Under the pieces are notes generated by a model, which was not told the origin of the DNA, did not search any database, and was given only the letters and a program-made list of their open reading frames with translations. Positions 50,601 through 57,657 of a stretch of DNA of 64,000 nt are shown in pieces (within the stretch, counting starts at the first letter, position 1; the number at the start of each line of letters is the position of its first letter). Origin of the DNA: an uncultured virus (IMG/VR IMGVR_UViG_3300020409_000013) (Duplodnaviria > Heunggongvirae > Uroviricota > Caudoviricetes > Kyanoviridae); IMG/VR virus record IMGVR_UViG_3300020409_000013. One strand, written 5' to 3'. Position numbers and translations under genes: made by a program.

Positions 50601-53600
50601 TGATATGCGTAGACCTCAGGCAACTGGTAGTGGTCTAACTCTTGAAGTCAATGGTAGTGGTAACGTTATCCTTAAGAATGGATCAAGCACGCTTATCACA
50701 TCCACCAACACTCTCATTGCACAGAGATGGCATCACATTGCTGTTGTAAGAGAGTCAGCTGTCACCTCTCTGTATATCGATGGCACACAACAAACAACAT
50801 ACAGTGATACAAACGACTACCCCTATGCAAGATTTGGTCTTGGTAAGGATGTCGCTAATAGTCAGCAGTTGGTCGGCAACCTCGATAACCTCATTGTCCG
50901 AAAGGGCACTGCTGATTATACTGGTGCGACAATTAGCCCTTCCTCTGATCCAGATTTCACTAGAGATGGCATTGTATTTGGTCTTAACGCCGAGGCTCCG
51001 TTTGTGGTATCTACGACGGAGACATATGCTACACTGACTGGTTTAACAAATTCATCATCTACACTTAAATCTATTGATTATCTCAATAAGCGTATCACTA
51101 TTGAAGAGGTAGATCTTGGTAGAGAAATTTATAGAGACGCTGCAGATATAATTGATCTTAACCGTGATTGGATTGCTGAGGAAGCAGTCGGTATCATGCA
51201 AGCATTCTTCCCTGACTTTACAATACCAGGCGATACTTACGGTAGTGGTGGCACAATGAGTGGCACAAACGTTTGTATTCGTGACACAAGAGATTATATC
51301 TTACCTGCTATTGTCAAGGATTTGAGAGAAGGTGGTAACTATAACGTTATCGTTACTGCTCGTTTCTATCGCACAAGAGGTGGTGAGATCGAGTATATCG
51401 GTCAAGAGTTACTACAAACTCTATATGCATGGCGTGAAGTTGTAAAACTTTGTAAGTATGTCATTAACACTACTGACGTTACACTTACAGGCACATATAC
51501 AACTAAACTTCGTGTCCCACATGCATTGACTGGCACAACTCAAGTAGAAACACAATTAGATACTTTAGGTGATTACATCGCTGACGTCCTTGCTCCTACT
51601 GGACATAGATTCAGAGATGCAGGTGCACTTATTTGGAAAAACCGCGATTATATTGCAGAAGAAGCAGTTGGTCATATCAATGCACTTTATACTAAGACAA
51701 TTAATAGTGTCCCAGTCCAATTCTTAACTATTCCAAACAACACCAAGTGTTTGCGTGACCTTAAGGATCATGTATTACCTGCTGTCATTGGTGACATCAT
51801 AATGGGTGGTAATGCTGAAACACAGAAGGTTATCGATAGTTACTTGAATAGTGACAATGAGATTCTCTACATCACTGATGAGTTGAATCCAATGATTGAT
51901 GCTATCAAGTTTACAGAATTTCTCGCACTGAAAGCAGTTAATAATATGCTGCTCTCACCAGGCGAAACTGCTGCTGCTCTTGGTGCTAGTGCAACTTATC
52001 AAGATGAATACTATGTGCCTATCTACACTTCTAGATTAGCATATAGAGATGAGACAATTACTTACGATCCTAAGCAGTTTGATCAGTCAAGGACAGGATC
52101 TAACAAATACTTTGATGCTGCAGATCTAATCGATACTAATGCAAGAGTCATTGCTAAGGAAGCAGTTTCTACAATGAATGACTTGTCATACTTCGGATCA
52201 TTTGTTGTCCCAACAGGCAACCCTGTAGATTGTGAAGATGACGTTGTTGATATCTTGAAAGGTGTTTCACATGACTTACGTCATGGTGGTAACTCCGAGA
52301 CTTACAGAATTGGTAAACTATATGTAAGATCTGATGGTTTCCTCAAGCATATTGAGGGTGAAGAAAAGGCATCTAAGACTGTGTTTAGAATTGCTAGAGA
52401 CATGGCAATCCTAACAATTAGAAATGGATTCGGTCGCGACACATTACCTGGTCACAATGAAGTAACCTTCCAACCAGAAAGTTATGAGCGTAATGGTGCT
52501 TCTAATAATAGAATCTATGCTGCTCGTGCTATCGAAAGAAACATCAGATTTATTTCAGAAGAGGCAGTCCGTCGTGGACTAGACCAGTATCCTTCATTGA
52601 GTATTAATGGTGGATCTAGTGCATTGTGGACTAAGGAGTTTACTCCTACTGATGTGCTTTACAACTCTAGTAATGGTCAGATGGTCATTACTATTGGTAA
52701 GCATGAGATTCAGAAGGGTGACACTATTAGAATTACTCCTTTGGGTATCACTATGAGATGCTCTCAGGATAACTATGCATCTGATCATCCATATCCTAGG
52801 ACAACTGATCCTGTATATGAGAAGAATATTCTTGTTGAGGATATCTCACAAACAACTATTACTGTAAACGTCGGAGCATCTCCACAAGGTCAGCAGTATG
52901 AGCACCAATTCCAGAGTGCACTTACAGCGTCTATTAAGTGGGGAGATGACTTTGGTGGTCAGAAACATACACCAAGTGACATTACTTATAACTCTGCCAC
53001 TGGTGATATGGTCATGACATTCAATACTCTTGATCACGTTTATAACATTGGCAATCGTTTGATGATTGCTCCTAACTCACTGACATTTACTTGTGATCAG
53101 GATAACAATGCATCTAATCATTCATATCCTAGGACAACTGATCCTTACTACGGTAAGACAGTTGCTGTAACTGCTGTGGGCACAGGCACCGCTAACATTA
53201 CTGGTGCAACTTATGATCCTGCTACTGGTGTATTGAATATCACATCTGCAGGTCATGGTCTTGTAACTGGAAACAGGATCAAGATTGCTACTAACGGCAT
53301 CACATTTACATGCACACAAGATGGAAACAACTCAAACCATTCCTACCCAAGAGGATCAGACCCCGCAGCTAACAAGTGGTTACTTGTTACTAGGATTGAT
53401 GATGACACAATCAGTGTTAACGTGTATCCTTCTCAAGTTGGTCAGCAATATGCACACACCTTTGTCTCTGCCACAGCTGGTGCACTTATTAAGCAGTCTG
53501 GCACTGTAACAGTCAACGTTGGTGCATCTCCTGCAGGTCAACAATATAACCACACATTTGTAAGTGCTACTAAAGATTGTATCACTGCTGCAGGATCTAT

Positions 53601-56600
53601 CGATTGCGTCCATGACGTTGCTGATATCCTTAAATGGCATACCTTCAACCTAGAGTATGGTGGTGACAACATGGTTGCTCTTGGTGCAGGATTCTATGTT
53701 GAGAATGGTGTTATCCAACATATCCAAGGAGTTATCAACGAGACAACTTGGATTACAAACACTGCTAGAGATATCGCTAAGCAAATCTATCAAGGCACCA
53801 CACCTTCTAGACATGCTTCTAACGGTGCTGAATTTACTCCTCTTGCTGATATTGAAGATAGGTGGGTCAATAATACTGGATCAATAAGTGCTGTAAATGA
53901 CGCTGATGTAGATACCGAAGTCAACAGACTTATCAGTATCGTTACTGACACTATCAATGATCCTGATGGTAATGACAACACTACCTATCCTAATAGTATT
54001 AGTGGCACATTTGAGGCAACACTGCCAAACATCTGGCCAGCAAAATATGGTGGAGATATCCCACTTAGAGATCTTTCTGTTACATATGACAATCAAGCAT
54101 CGGAATGGAATCAAACCTGTCCTGATCAGAGATCTGCAATCAACACATTGATGGCAATCCTTGAGGGTGGTATTGATGCTGCTGTCGCAGGTAATGGTAA
54201 CACATACTATGGCACAACTGTTACTCTAACTAATCCTACTGCTCCTACCACAACCGAATACAACTCAGGCACATGCTACGACGTTAGACTTGGAATCCAA
54301 GAGAAGTATAAGGTCATGTATGAGACCTTATCTGGTGGATCAACAAGTAATAAGATGGCAGCGAAGATGATTCTCTTCAACAAACCTGCTATCAAGAAGA
54401 GAGCATTCGATCAAACTGTATCCTTCTATCCTACATATGCAGGAGATGCTGATTTTGCAGATCAAATAATTCATGCTGTAATTTACGACCTTGTTACAGG
54501 TGGTAACGGTGAAGCATTTGATTCTATCAGTAACTGGTTTGACGGTGACGGTAATATGATCGTTTACCAAGGAATTGTTAGGACTCACCTCATCTATCAC
54601 ATGACTCGTGTTAGAGAGTATTGTAAGTCAATCATCTATGCTCCTGACGGTGCAGGTTGGATTCCTTACATTGCAGATCCTGGTCTTTACATTGCACCTC
54701 TCAGGACTGAGTGGAATCAGGAATCTACAGAATTCGATATGGATTCTAGTTTCAACGTCTTTGAGTTTGCTCTTGAGCAATCTAAATTCTCTACCGAGGC
54801 GAAGACTACATGGATCGCTAATACTGACGTCCACAACAGACACAACGCATATAACGAAGGATTTGATTGGAATACTGATCCTGCTCTTGTATCTCTTACT
54901 CCTACAGTCCGTGCAGGATTTGATAGAAAAGAATATAGAGTTAGAATCTACCGTGCTAACTTCTTCAGACGTGGTGATGTTGTCCAATATATCCCTGCAT
55001 CTGGTAGCACATTAGTTGGTGCTAACCAGGCAATGTATAAGGTCTTGAATGCTGAGGCAACATTCTTCGAGATTGGTGCTGTATCAACTCATGATGGTAG
55101 ATTTAGACCACTAGTATTTGATGATACCGCAAGCACATCTCACATCTTCCAAGTGCTTGTTAGATCTGGTGTTAACAGAGCAACTACTGTATACGGTAAT
55201 CCTGATATTGAGACTCCTTACTCAGGTGGATTTATTGATGCTGATGTCCTTTACGGCACAACATCTGATGTGTTTGCTGAGATTGGATCACAGTCCTTCA
55301 ACAAAGCATCCATTAGAGAGACATTCCTATATGTCAGACTTAACAATCCTTCTGATCCTGGTGTATCTAAACTACAAAATGGTGAGCGTGTATTCAAATC
55401 TGGTGATGCAACTGCGATTGGTAAGATCTTACAGGTTAACTACAACTCAGGCAATACAGAAGTAATCCTTAGGGTAACTGAGAAAACAGGACCTAACTGG
55501 GCAGTTGGTGATACACTTGTTGGTGAGGATAGCACTGCAACTGCAGATGTTACTGCTATAACTGATCGTCTACTTCTTAACGTTGATCTTGGTAACTACG
55601 CTGTTGGAGATAAGATCTTTAAGAAGGCAGATAATACTGAGGCAGACATCGTATTCTACGATAATAAATCTGGTGCGATTATCGGTAACGATGGTGGTCG
55701 TGTTGTTATGGATGTTGAGACCATTCAATCTGGATGGGAAACAAGCGATATCATTTACGGTAGTCTTACTGATTACATTCTTGATGTCCAAGGTATCTAC
55801 CAACCTGGTGGTGTTGCAGAGGTTAACGATATTATCCACGGCACAGAGGTTATTGAATTAGATCTTGGATCTACATTTATTGAAGCAGGTATCGCTGCTA
55901 CATTCCAAGTTGGTGATGAAGTTAATATGCTTCAAGGTACTGTTATTAAGAATCCTGGTTTGACAGGTTATGTAACTAAGTATCAAGAGCCAGATCCATC
56001 AGCAACTCCTCCTGTCCCACACAAACTCTGGATTGGTAATATCCAACCTGTAGGTACAGGTGCACCTGTAAGTGAGTTTACAAACTCAGGTATATTCATC
56101 GGTAAGTTTGATATCTCTACAAACTTCCCTGTTATCTACTCTAACGTAACTGCAGTAAGCAATCCACAGTATACTTCATACGCTAAGATCGCTAAGATTG
56201 AGCAGCAAGGTATTACTGCAAGAATCTGGGTTGAGCAAGCAGTTGGTGAATTCTATGACAACATGACCATCAAAGGAGATGATGGTTGGGGTGCTGCTGT
56301 TGCTGATGCACGCACACTGGTTGGACGTGTTGATCGTTACTTCAGAGGATTTGACGGTGTGCAGCAAAACTTCTCACTATCTGTGGAGAATGGACAAGCA
56401 TACTTCCCAGATCCTGCAGGACACATGCTCATCTTTGTTAATGGTATCCTACAACCACCAGGTGCTATCAACGCATACACTGCATTCTCTGACAAGATTC
56501 AGTTTACTGAGCCACCTGAGATTGGATCTGAATTTATTGGATACTACGTTGGTAAACTAAGACAACTTGATGACATTGGATTCGAGTTTGATTCATTGAG

Positions 56601-57657
56601 ATCTTCCTTCAACTTGAAGTTAGATGGAATCTTCTACTCCTTGACATTGACTGAAGGTGTATCTTCTGCAACGATTCTCCCAGAAAACAATATCATGGTT
56701 TCTCTCAACGGAATCATACAGGAGCCAGGCGTATCATATGAGATCGTTGGATCTAGAATTATCTTTGCTGAGGTGCCAAGAGCAGGAGCAACCTTCGTTG
56801 GATTCTCTTACATTGGATCTGATGCTGACGTTATATCTGCAACTGTTGTCCCACCAATCGAAGCAGGTGACGAATTGGAAATCGAGGGTGAAGAATTTGG
56901 TCGTGAAGTTGCTCTGATTGAGTCTTCTAACTCCTTGATCACATTTGAATACACTGGATCTGTTAAAGGTAGAAGTGCAGAGGCATTGGCAAACATCACT
57001 AGTGGTCAAATTGTCGCTGCTACGATTACCAATCCTGGCGATGGTTACACTTCCAAACCTAACGTTGAGGTTATCTCCTCTACTGGTTTTGACGCAAGAT
57101 TGGTGCCTATGATGGGTATCCAGAGGATCGACGTAAGGACACCTGGTGTTGGTTATGCACTTCCTTTGGTTGCTGCTGAGACTACAGTTGAGGATGATTT
57201 TGTTACACCTACTGGCACACCTGTTAACGGTGGATTTGATATCTACGCGGGCGAGGGTATTGATAATCAAGGTAACCCAATCGTTGTAGAAGATGGTCTA
57301 ATTAGAATTACAATCTCTCCTGTTAACGTTACTGTTAACCAAGGTCAGACTGCAGCATTTACTGTGGTTGCTGAGTTTGTAAGGGCATCCGATGGTGCGA
57401 TAAATACTACTACACTCAACTACCAGTGGCAGAAGAAAGACTACGGCACAACTGTCTGGTCAAACATCATTGGTGGTAACCAAGCAACATTCAACACAGG
57501 CACTTCAAATCAACAAGATGATGGTGATGAATACAGAGTTGCAATAACAGCAGCAGGTGCAACACCTGTCTACAGTTTCTCTGCAATCTTGTCTGTCCAG
57601 ATCGGCACCACAGTGATCTCTAACTTCAACCCTGCTGATATCTTTGACGACGCATGA
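35626..57657 (+). CDS. gp7: Giant baseplate wedge initiator gp7-like multidomain virion protein (7343 aa)
   Basis: Follows gp6. N-terminal 'QQLPDFI..E...FVQLL.EYYKSQE', 'IKNIRDFY.AKGT...KYLFKILFGEEI', 'IQDSFFYQ.FSYVI.S...W......HP.G.K.F'. Contains YHYH-like, LamG-like, CBM-like and Ig-like inserts. Confidence 0.8.
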   Translation: MSRVNVSDRVEQQLPDFIRQEDRQFVQLLQEYYKSQEKVGRPYDILNNILDYLDIDTYQSNVLTSETTVLQAIGLNDTEIVVEDIDGYQERNGSIKVDNEILYYESVTRGPDAIMTPGISPAEFKKKEQALENPYNLFDGVRTSFPLKFQGTPVTPASVDHLVVTVYNQTLRPTIDYTVNGTNIIFTTPPRSPSGGDDQSFTQIKYLIGFADKTIVTMDPIPVSEWEGTKYYPLRVGGRAYTPISDVALIVNRTGQLQKPFEQFNVYQDTLVAKFALGSADTLHIRAIEFVPASFGSGATAVCNVLENKIDNILVKEGGKGYRLDFAPRVNIQTATTGEYATAQSLVAGIKDIQLISGGQGYTSYNPPIPLVTPPTNPNGRLARVALTVNDTTGMVDSVRITDSGSGYDFVPVITFNNPGGATISDATIDSEGRLNVDSITVTKAGLNYANPPTIYIDPAPEGGINAIAECSLTPEGGLLSVTIINRGRGYTTAPRCRVIDPVGAQVLDVTVSSGAVTDIELLTGGRGYTDAPSVYIVDDRKDAYGNPIGGTGATAAATIFNGELTDINITNFGTGYSSEFPPKIYIAEPLAAKASVNVGYDEVTGFAIEERGREYVPSAFNGVVRGVSNVVDYDEYGNQVYAKEEQLSTSTHPIGSVVHNLDSIFIYQLFEKFRKQYLPTIQLDPSKVNPVNVIKNIRDFYLAKGTALGAKYLFKILFGEEIEVSYPKEQIISPSAATWVVDTILRTQVVSGDPANLIDAEVIQYADEVDQNVKYASALVENAISIIKGEDTIYELVISEETLVGTFKIPYKTRLVEPLDTVDQIVTVDSTIGWPERNGTFFIGDNEEVQYKEKSLNQFIECTRSNNDIVEDWDPGTIITSNIFIYANRGTSTEVKMRVLGIAEAGSTVLDDTGSYYLPGDKLKVASLGSDSVGEQRLESWFYNVKKLIKVSAIDPGGASQVATVTTEEPHGLLVEDTVTVYGANPVIFNGTFQVSSRIDEFTFSYRVATPTDIIPVGNILLSVDLNRGKSTEVPINNVVTEFTTNIQNSFFNADYVYVAASGLPNYKIGPFIGSALIPGNQRKLIRVPRVVNTVSERQEIAANSAIGAWVNGVSIWCYKSRESVLFGPLTGIVVTTPGQNYDAGSPPEVLIEGGGGSGATATVTVNGSVDSFEVTNSGSGYTSSPLISIVGGGGSGASATAVVTNGNITRILVSNPGSGFTSQPSITITGGGGSGASATANIRGPISAVTLTSGGSGYTSLPNISVTSGEGALAQPIVLNGRIVSIAIINSGRRYTTAPKVIINGDGFGAVAKATIATTGEDKGKVIGIEILNRGINYRQGTTSVRLEAVGEFATFTAEVFEWNKNFEYDLADKYDIARGYVFTGLNNQYGGEYAHVSDPKELRYVVGDNVFLNQETNQFQEISQNFQHSPILGWAYDGNPIYGPYGYANPTDQNSGVRRLRTSYRLKPEIVEDSITNPNPSRTDGPLLADYPAGSFVPDYEYVFQVGDLDQYNGRFCKTPEYPDGTYAYFITIDASDRGNPEFPYIMGPAFNSLPDEWNLSQGAVQENIPADVVRYRVPYENVDIDVERQPNQEADVLTTEIEGYPIIFEIQDSNNDGLIDANEQQEILQLQEEPTLQIYDYFPQVSLESKVDIDVETVTQFETAQIDGFVIENPGRSYQVNDTVFFDNESTGGFGASAIIDSIKGVAISAYQKQIIGDKPYGVITTAENHDLIQGDEIIVNSTPILANTNKEYVVKVVDGIESVTVDQQGVGYNENIPPVYELVDASGGIDAEFTINLDAAGVADSFNIVNSGNGYDTSNPPQIRVTHPQSFTKTRYWLSEYLNDSGNIEIFDSIITNNRDYYICGSLVEDLDGDQVGFLAKFDDNGEVQWVRTLLPNNAGVKKLEFTCLYVDDSEENDAIYVGGQSYDPSNANYNPDVWFGKYISERDNANNPTGTLKWQKSIAGISGGQRRDYITDIYLDQNKSIYLVGYTDTQAIDANDIWIIQSNNDGDIKEKRKISSPNGDEDITQIRWIANDQFFFTGVNQTTDNLIYGTFSYDGSNINVDYVKQIPALGGYVRNPRFTIDEYNDVFILYDVYNNANGKFERIQVGKLALLTANSTQTDVQGNQVQVPWLWRKSLTPQGDYVSIKNTGLHVDVFGDIAITAALDYDEDRKVNIVSSLKYDGTIKAESLIETTDSVGQVGKTSVVDNSGDIVTFAERLIPNQLAVYRFDNSADLDYDTTKQTISTLTIQTPADATVDTGYYKFGTGSLKFQAANRATASGLAWEGQNWTTAAWFSMNTTAYAAGNTPHFFDTVEVNGTSGVSVYLMGISSDPNFGKIILEVNGSVVASSTETTYWGNFAAAAWHHIALVKENTGSGVWEINVYYDGNLAVTYQTLIDVNMASVGLGGTEPSVASKAFIGHIDDWVISKLDEYESTFSTPLVKFPLSHEKSDIVAIKIDKAHTSGRGTYTLTTPTNYENLTISEWTTGTWSDAGLPAIDQWDVGAGGLQLLDFSDTPSVYTPVQTYTWTNNKENIASKSSTIPVKNGKKMFVTANVVPKFYIKDANYSKIDNVYELTLNQDVKFTKGAILQQYNSLGVVQAYGTIVEVPVGTTVNPGLGNKYKVGKIFGTINNTDLLRSTEATDINEMPGKFVGIEEENLWVTATAYNTGDRVYYAQKIYEAQAGGTSGVTPPTHTTGAVSDGAITWVFIRNAGEFTIDIQEEPYPTPQYRDLDMERWDSGILYPVGYQVYWKRNIYEVTVAGTSGLIAPVHTTGTASDGGVTWEWKSTELALSDYARFQPYDDRGQYSVKILKTQPASSYIPGDVIAINSNNIVIDDDGNDAYKIVKVTGFPSVKEVELTCVLKKDIKKTSEARSDLVYATSVTPHNFRENDIIFTEGFTTTEYNGSFFISEVFGSREYVFGLRTTAAGDPLFEQGAISSVKIYAKHPSLTFIRNHQYVFDVGDASNFGYYLSFAQDNQYKLEYSFNNITRVGTPGVQAEGLRPYVKFSAIGNVTNISYYFDPSRIGANSPVGDNSFVDVIKTPYDGTFRISQVVNNTEFKFPLDLEPETSSAEVQDDEFGNPYSYYSTTSVKAIGPINTIKLVSAGGFYQKLPVISDIASFRQIERITIIDGGTEYQPGVYYNVPIDGDGEGGLATLTVTLDEEIGSGTITEATVSDAGKGYTTASIDVDAITGILGPTLAGSGAALDVVIPAEGEGASVFLTGRNIGKIKRLKNNEFGFGYSHDYTLRPEITFPVNLQLFNTSILTEIKITNPGSGYTSAPAVVIEGGGGSGAEAEAVIKNNRLSEIIIKNPGQGYSSEPTVTLKSEFNYVVNLDLNYLQFNFPHGITTGAAIQLRADDVGSTTGILPKPSSAGLTQLVDGQIYYAIADQLESDQLRFALTLQAAQSGDFITFLTQGEGRQTLLTEVFGGAADAVVATSRFLEGEKVYQGNSPEQATAEGFVSTNTGWQIGPKILKIVDYTGNFVQGEKVSGEVSKASGIIDNLSIARGVLNIDSITQTPGRFIDDVGKPSEIVQKIQDSFFYQSFSYVITSEIPITKWKKQVLDNNHPTGFKMFGQLQLTGGEDVSGRKVGTEFIKEVNINEYTNVNQITSFGAAEPVYTDYNNTEVLFRNRRLTSSEEILTSIVKKIDDISGDFDGIKKSFPITVEGEGVIVKGNQLLITLNGVIQAPDTSYQIVGNQIVFAEPPKAASQVRYRAVRFATIPVYRIALQNPQGIFPEMGQQINGESSDAYATVVDSGTFHIDVINITDGPFTISEIVKRTNLFTAIVESVTLLNTENLFKFQETITNFEGDIAIIEETNLDAQGNATDTLLLSKTSGTARFETGIFDIKLNEYIYSSKSKIVAQITFISPYLDPNTGQPVDTLIINRGSTFFGLIYERLVAIQNPNVILDDISQSSITPVKLYDPSARINEDFLDFEEVRSTEIEYDNLSSGTFQAGDALRNKAIFYANLVGNAGNRKNDGARSIRRNKQEIIDRAERYVAVEHPDFYYPGDVQTNTTSRFRDAYRMIWKNIEAIKLRAYDLQKTQFTGTAAGDKEGYIDDVMLWLECIALDIHSGGNQYSLKWINEYFSDAATLSYSRAQAELIYIVEQAKDLVMAAITNQLTGVFSAVNSTDEATYYADLSITADPSPGSPYATPGSNTDNATVDNCSDVQSAINTIWTWQNEALTAGNLNDIPDEVAPTVSIGQEKCRRDLGLFIEAIADDLASGGEFQSQNFSEQYFDATGNFILNGFYGEVAESQTALLKARDTMYYAINNLLFIKDIGNEGYNLNDPITYGGSAPAHTYDPNYSSGNAQSLSNCADVQQNIRFLTDIIIHSITAENTHNLTGTTSYTSEGTGGPKITGVFADPVPQGNLKIDGANLLLNNKEFIAAEALHVYKTANPSFTPHQTDADCTDDIEDVIEAIAYDLKYGGNSRVYDAATYAIAYDDSPTLASQVNGIYAAAQTIAHQVIDNGSQTFTVANVNNGTRTFDVTVPAVTLDAGDALTYVGNGKMVVAPPQYTPSGATYDPVTGDLVLTIGSHSIGVGRKISIAANSLTFTCSMDGNSSQKTYPRASDPYYNVPLEITATGPTTITVNVGASPIVTFTPTAVSYNPSSGVMVMTIGEHKLEAGTHIKIAQESLIFRCSQDNYQTDHAYPRTTDPYYDTSIEITAATSTTITVNVGAATAQGQYDHIFQSATFGAVVTGGNYTHSFVSAASNAVTIDATADIANATYDVTNGTLSVQLAENYTPTLSNGDTVRLHYLHFVSKTFGDYFYPRVAATGNHGKRQWFDQDLTPYNLSTNGCATVVSAYTTLQSVYTTAYTNNNMAHATRTAPTERTITDGGYTAGETLRVSKYAYKDPSRGLFLPGENLKGVTTRASAPIKGSNSGLKWIYGGNATGTFSIGEYVTNSTLVNTACTIDEITILSSLSNSTKSIRIPNTGSIIQTARNDFKFGTGDFTIEMRLRLDAVSGNQTIFDMRRPQATGSGLTLEVNGSGNVILKNGSSTLITSTNTLIAQRWHHIAVVRESAVTSLYIDGTQQTTYSDTNDYPYARFGLGKDVANSQQLVGNLDNLIVRKGTADYTGATISPSSDPDFTRDGIVFGLNAEAPFVVSTTETYATLTGLTNSSSTLKSIDYLNKRITIEEVDLGREIYRDAADIIDLNRDWIAEEAVGIMQAFFPDFTIPGDTYGSGGTMSGTNVCIRDTRDYILPAIVKDLREGGNYNVIVTARFYRTRGGEIEYIGQELLQTLYAWREVVKLCKYVINTTDVTLTGTYTTKLRVPHALTGTTQVETQLDTLGDYIADVLAPTGHRFRDAGALIWKNRDYIAEEAVGHINALYTKTINSVPVQFLTIPNNTKCLRDLKDHVLPAVIGDIIMGGNAETQKVIDSYLNSDNEILYITDELNPMIDAIKFTEFLALKAVNNMLLSPGETAAALGASATYQDEYYVPIYTSRLAYRDETITYDPKQFDQSRTGSNKYFDAADLIDTNARVIAKEAVSTMNDLSYFGSFVVPTGNPVDCEDDVVDILKGVSHDLRHGGNSETYRIGKLYVRSDGFLKHIEGEEKASKTVFRIARDMAILTIRNGFGRDTLPGHNEVTFQPESYERNGASNNRIYAARAIERNIRFISEEAVRRGLDQYPSLSINGGSSALWTKEFTPTDVLYNSSNGQMVITIGKHEIQKGDTIRITPLGITMRCSQDNYASDHPYPRTTDPVYEKNILVEDISQTTITVNVGASPQGQQYEHQFQSALTASIKWGDDFGGQKHTPSDITYNSATGDMVMTFNTLDHVYNIGNRLMIAPNSLTFTCDQDNNASNHSYPRTTDPYYGKTVAVTAVGTGTANITGATYDPATGVLNITSAGHGLVTGNRIKIATNGITFTCTQDGNNSNHSYPRGSDPAANKWLLVTRIDDDTISVNVYPSQVGQQYAHTFVSATAGALIKQSGTVTVNVGASPAGQQYNHTFVSATKDCITAAGSIDCVHDVADILKWHTFNLEYGGDNMVALGAGFYVENGVIQHIQGVINETTWITNTARDIAKQIYQGTTPSRHASNGAEFTPLADIEDRWVNNTGSISAVNDADVDTEVNRLISIVTDTINDPDGNDNTTYPNSISGTFEATLPNIWPAKYGGDIPLRDLSVTYDNQASEWNQTCPDQRSAINTLMAILEGGIDAAVAGNGNTYYGTTVTLTNPTAPTTTEYNSGTCYDVRLGIQEKYKVMYETLSGGSTSNKMAAKMILFNKPAIKKRAFDQTVSFYPTYAGDADFADQIIHAVIYDLVTGGNGEAFDSISNWFDGDGNMIVYQGIVRTHLIYHMTRVREYCKSIIYAPDGAGWIPYIADPGLYIAPLRTEWNQESTEFDMDSSFNVFEFALEQSKFSTEAKTTWIANTDVHNRHNAYNEGFDWNTDPALVSLTPTVRAGFDRKEYRVRIYRANFFRRGDVVQYIPASGSTLVGANQAMYKVLNAEATFFEIGAVSTHDGRFRPLVFDDTASTSHIFQVLVRSGVNRATTVYGNPDIETPYSGGFIDADVLYGTTSDVFAEIGSQSFNKASIRETFLYVRLNNPSDPGVSKLQNGERVFKSGDATAIGKILQVNYNSGNTEVILRVTEKTGPNWAVGDTLVGEDSTATADVTAITDRLLLNVDLGNYAVGDKIFKKADNTEADIVFYDNKSGAIIGNDGGRVVMDVETIQSGWETSDIIYGSLTDYILDVQGIYQPGGVAEVNDIIHGTEVIELDLGSTFIEAGIAATFQVGDEVNMLQGTVIKNPGLTGYVTKYQEPDPSATPPVPHKLWIGNIQPVGTGAPVSEFTNSGIFIGKFDISTNFPVIYSNVTAVSNPQYTSYAKIAKIEQQGITARIWVEQAVGEFYDNMTIKGDDGWGAAVADARTLVGRVDRYFRGFDGVQQNFSLSVENGQAYFPDPAGHMLIFVNGILQPPGAINAYTAFSDKIQFTEPPEIGSEFIGYYVGKLRQLDDIGFEFDSLRSSFNLKLDGIFYSLTLTEGVSSATILPENNIMVSLNGIIQEPGVSYEIVGSRIIFAEVPRAGATFVGFSYIGSDADVISATVVPPIEAGDELEIEGEEFGREVALIESSNSLITFEYTGSVKGRSAEALANITSGQIVAATITNPGDGYTSKPNVEVISSTGFDARLVPMMGIQRIDVRTPGVGYALPLVAAETTVEDDFVTPTGTPVNGGFDIYAGEGIDNQGNPIVVEDGLIRITISPVNVTVNQGQTAAFTVVAEFVRASDGAINTTTLNYQWQKKDYGTTVWSNIIGGNQATFNTGTSNQQDDGDEYRVAITAAGATPVYSFSAILSVQIGTTVISNFNPADIFDDA

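Noticed and set aside
35626..57657. Intein or mobile intron explaining the giant ORF
   Set aside because: No LAGLIDADG/HNH or intein splice motifs were noticed; the length is explained by structural repeats.
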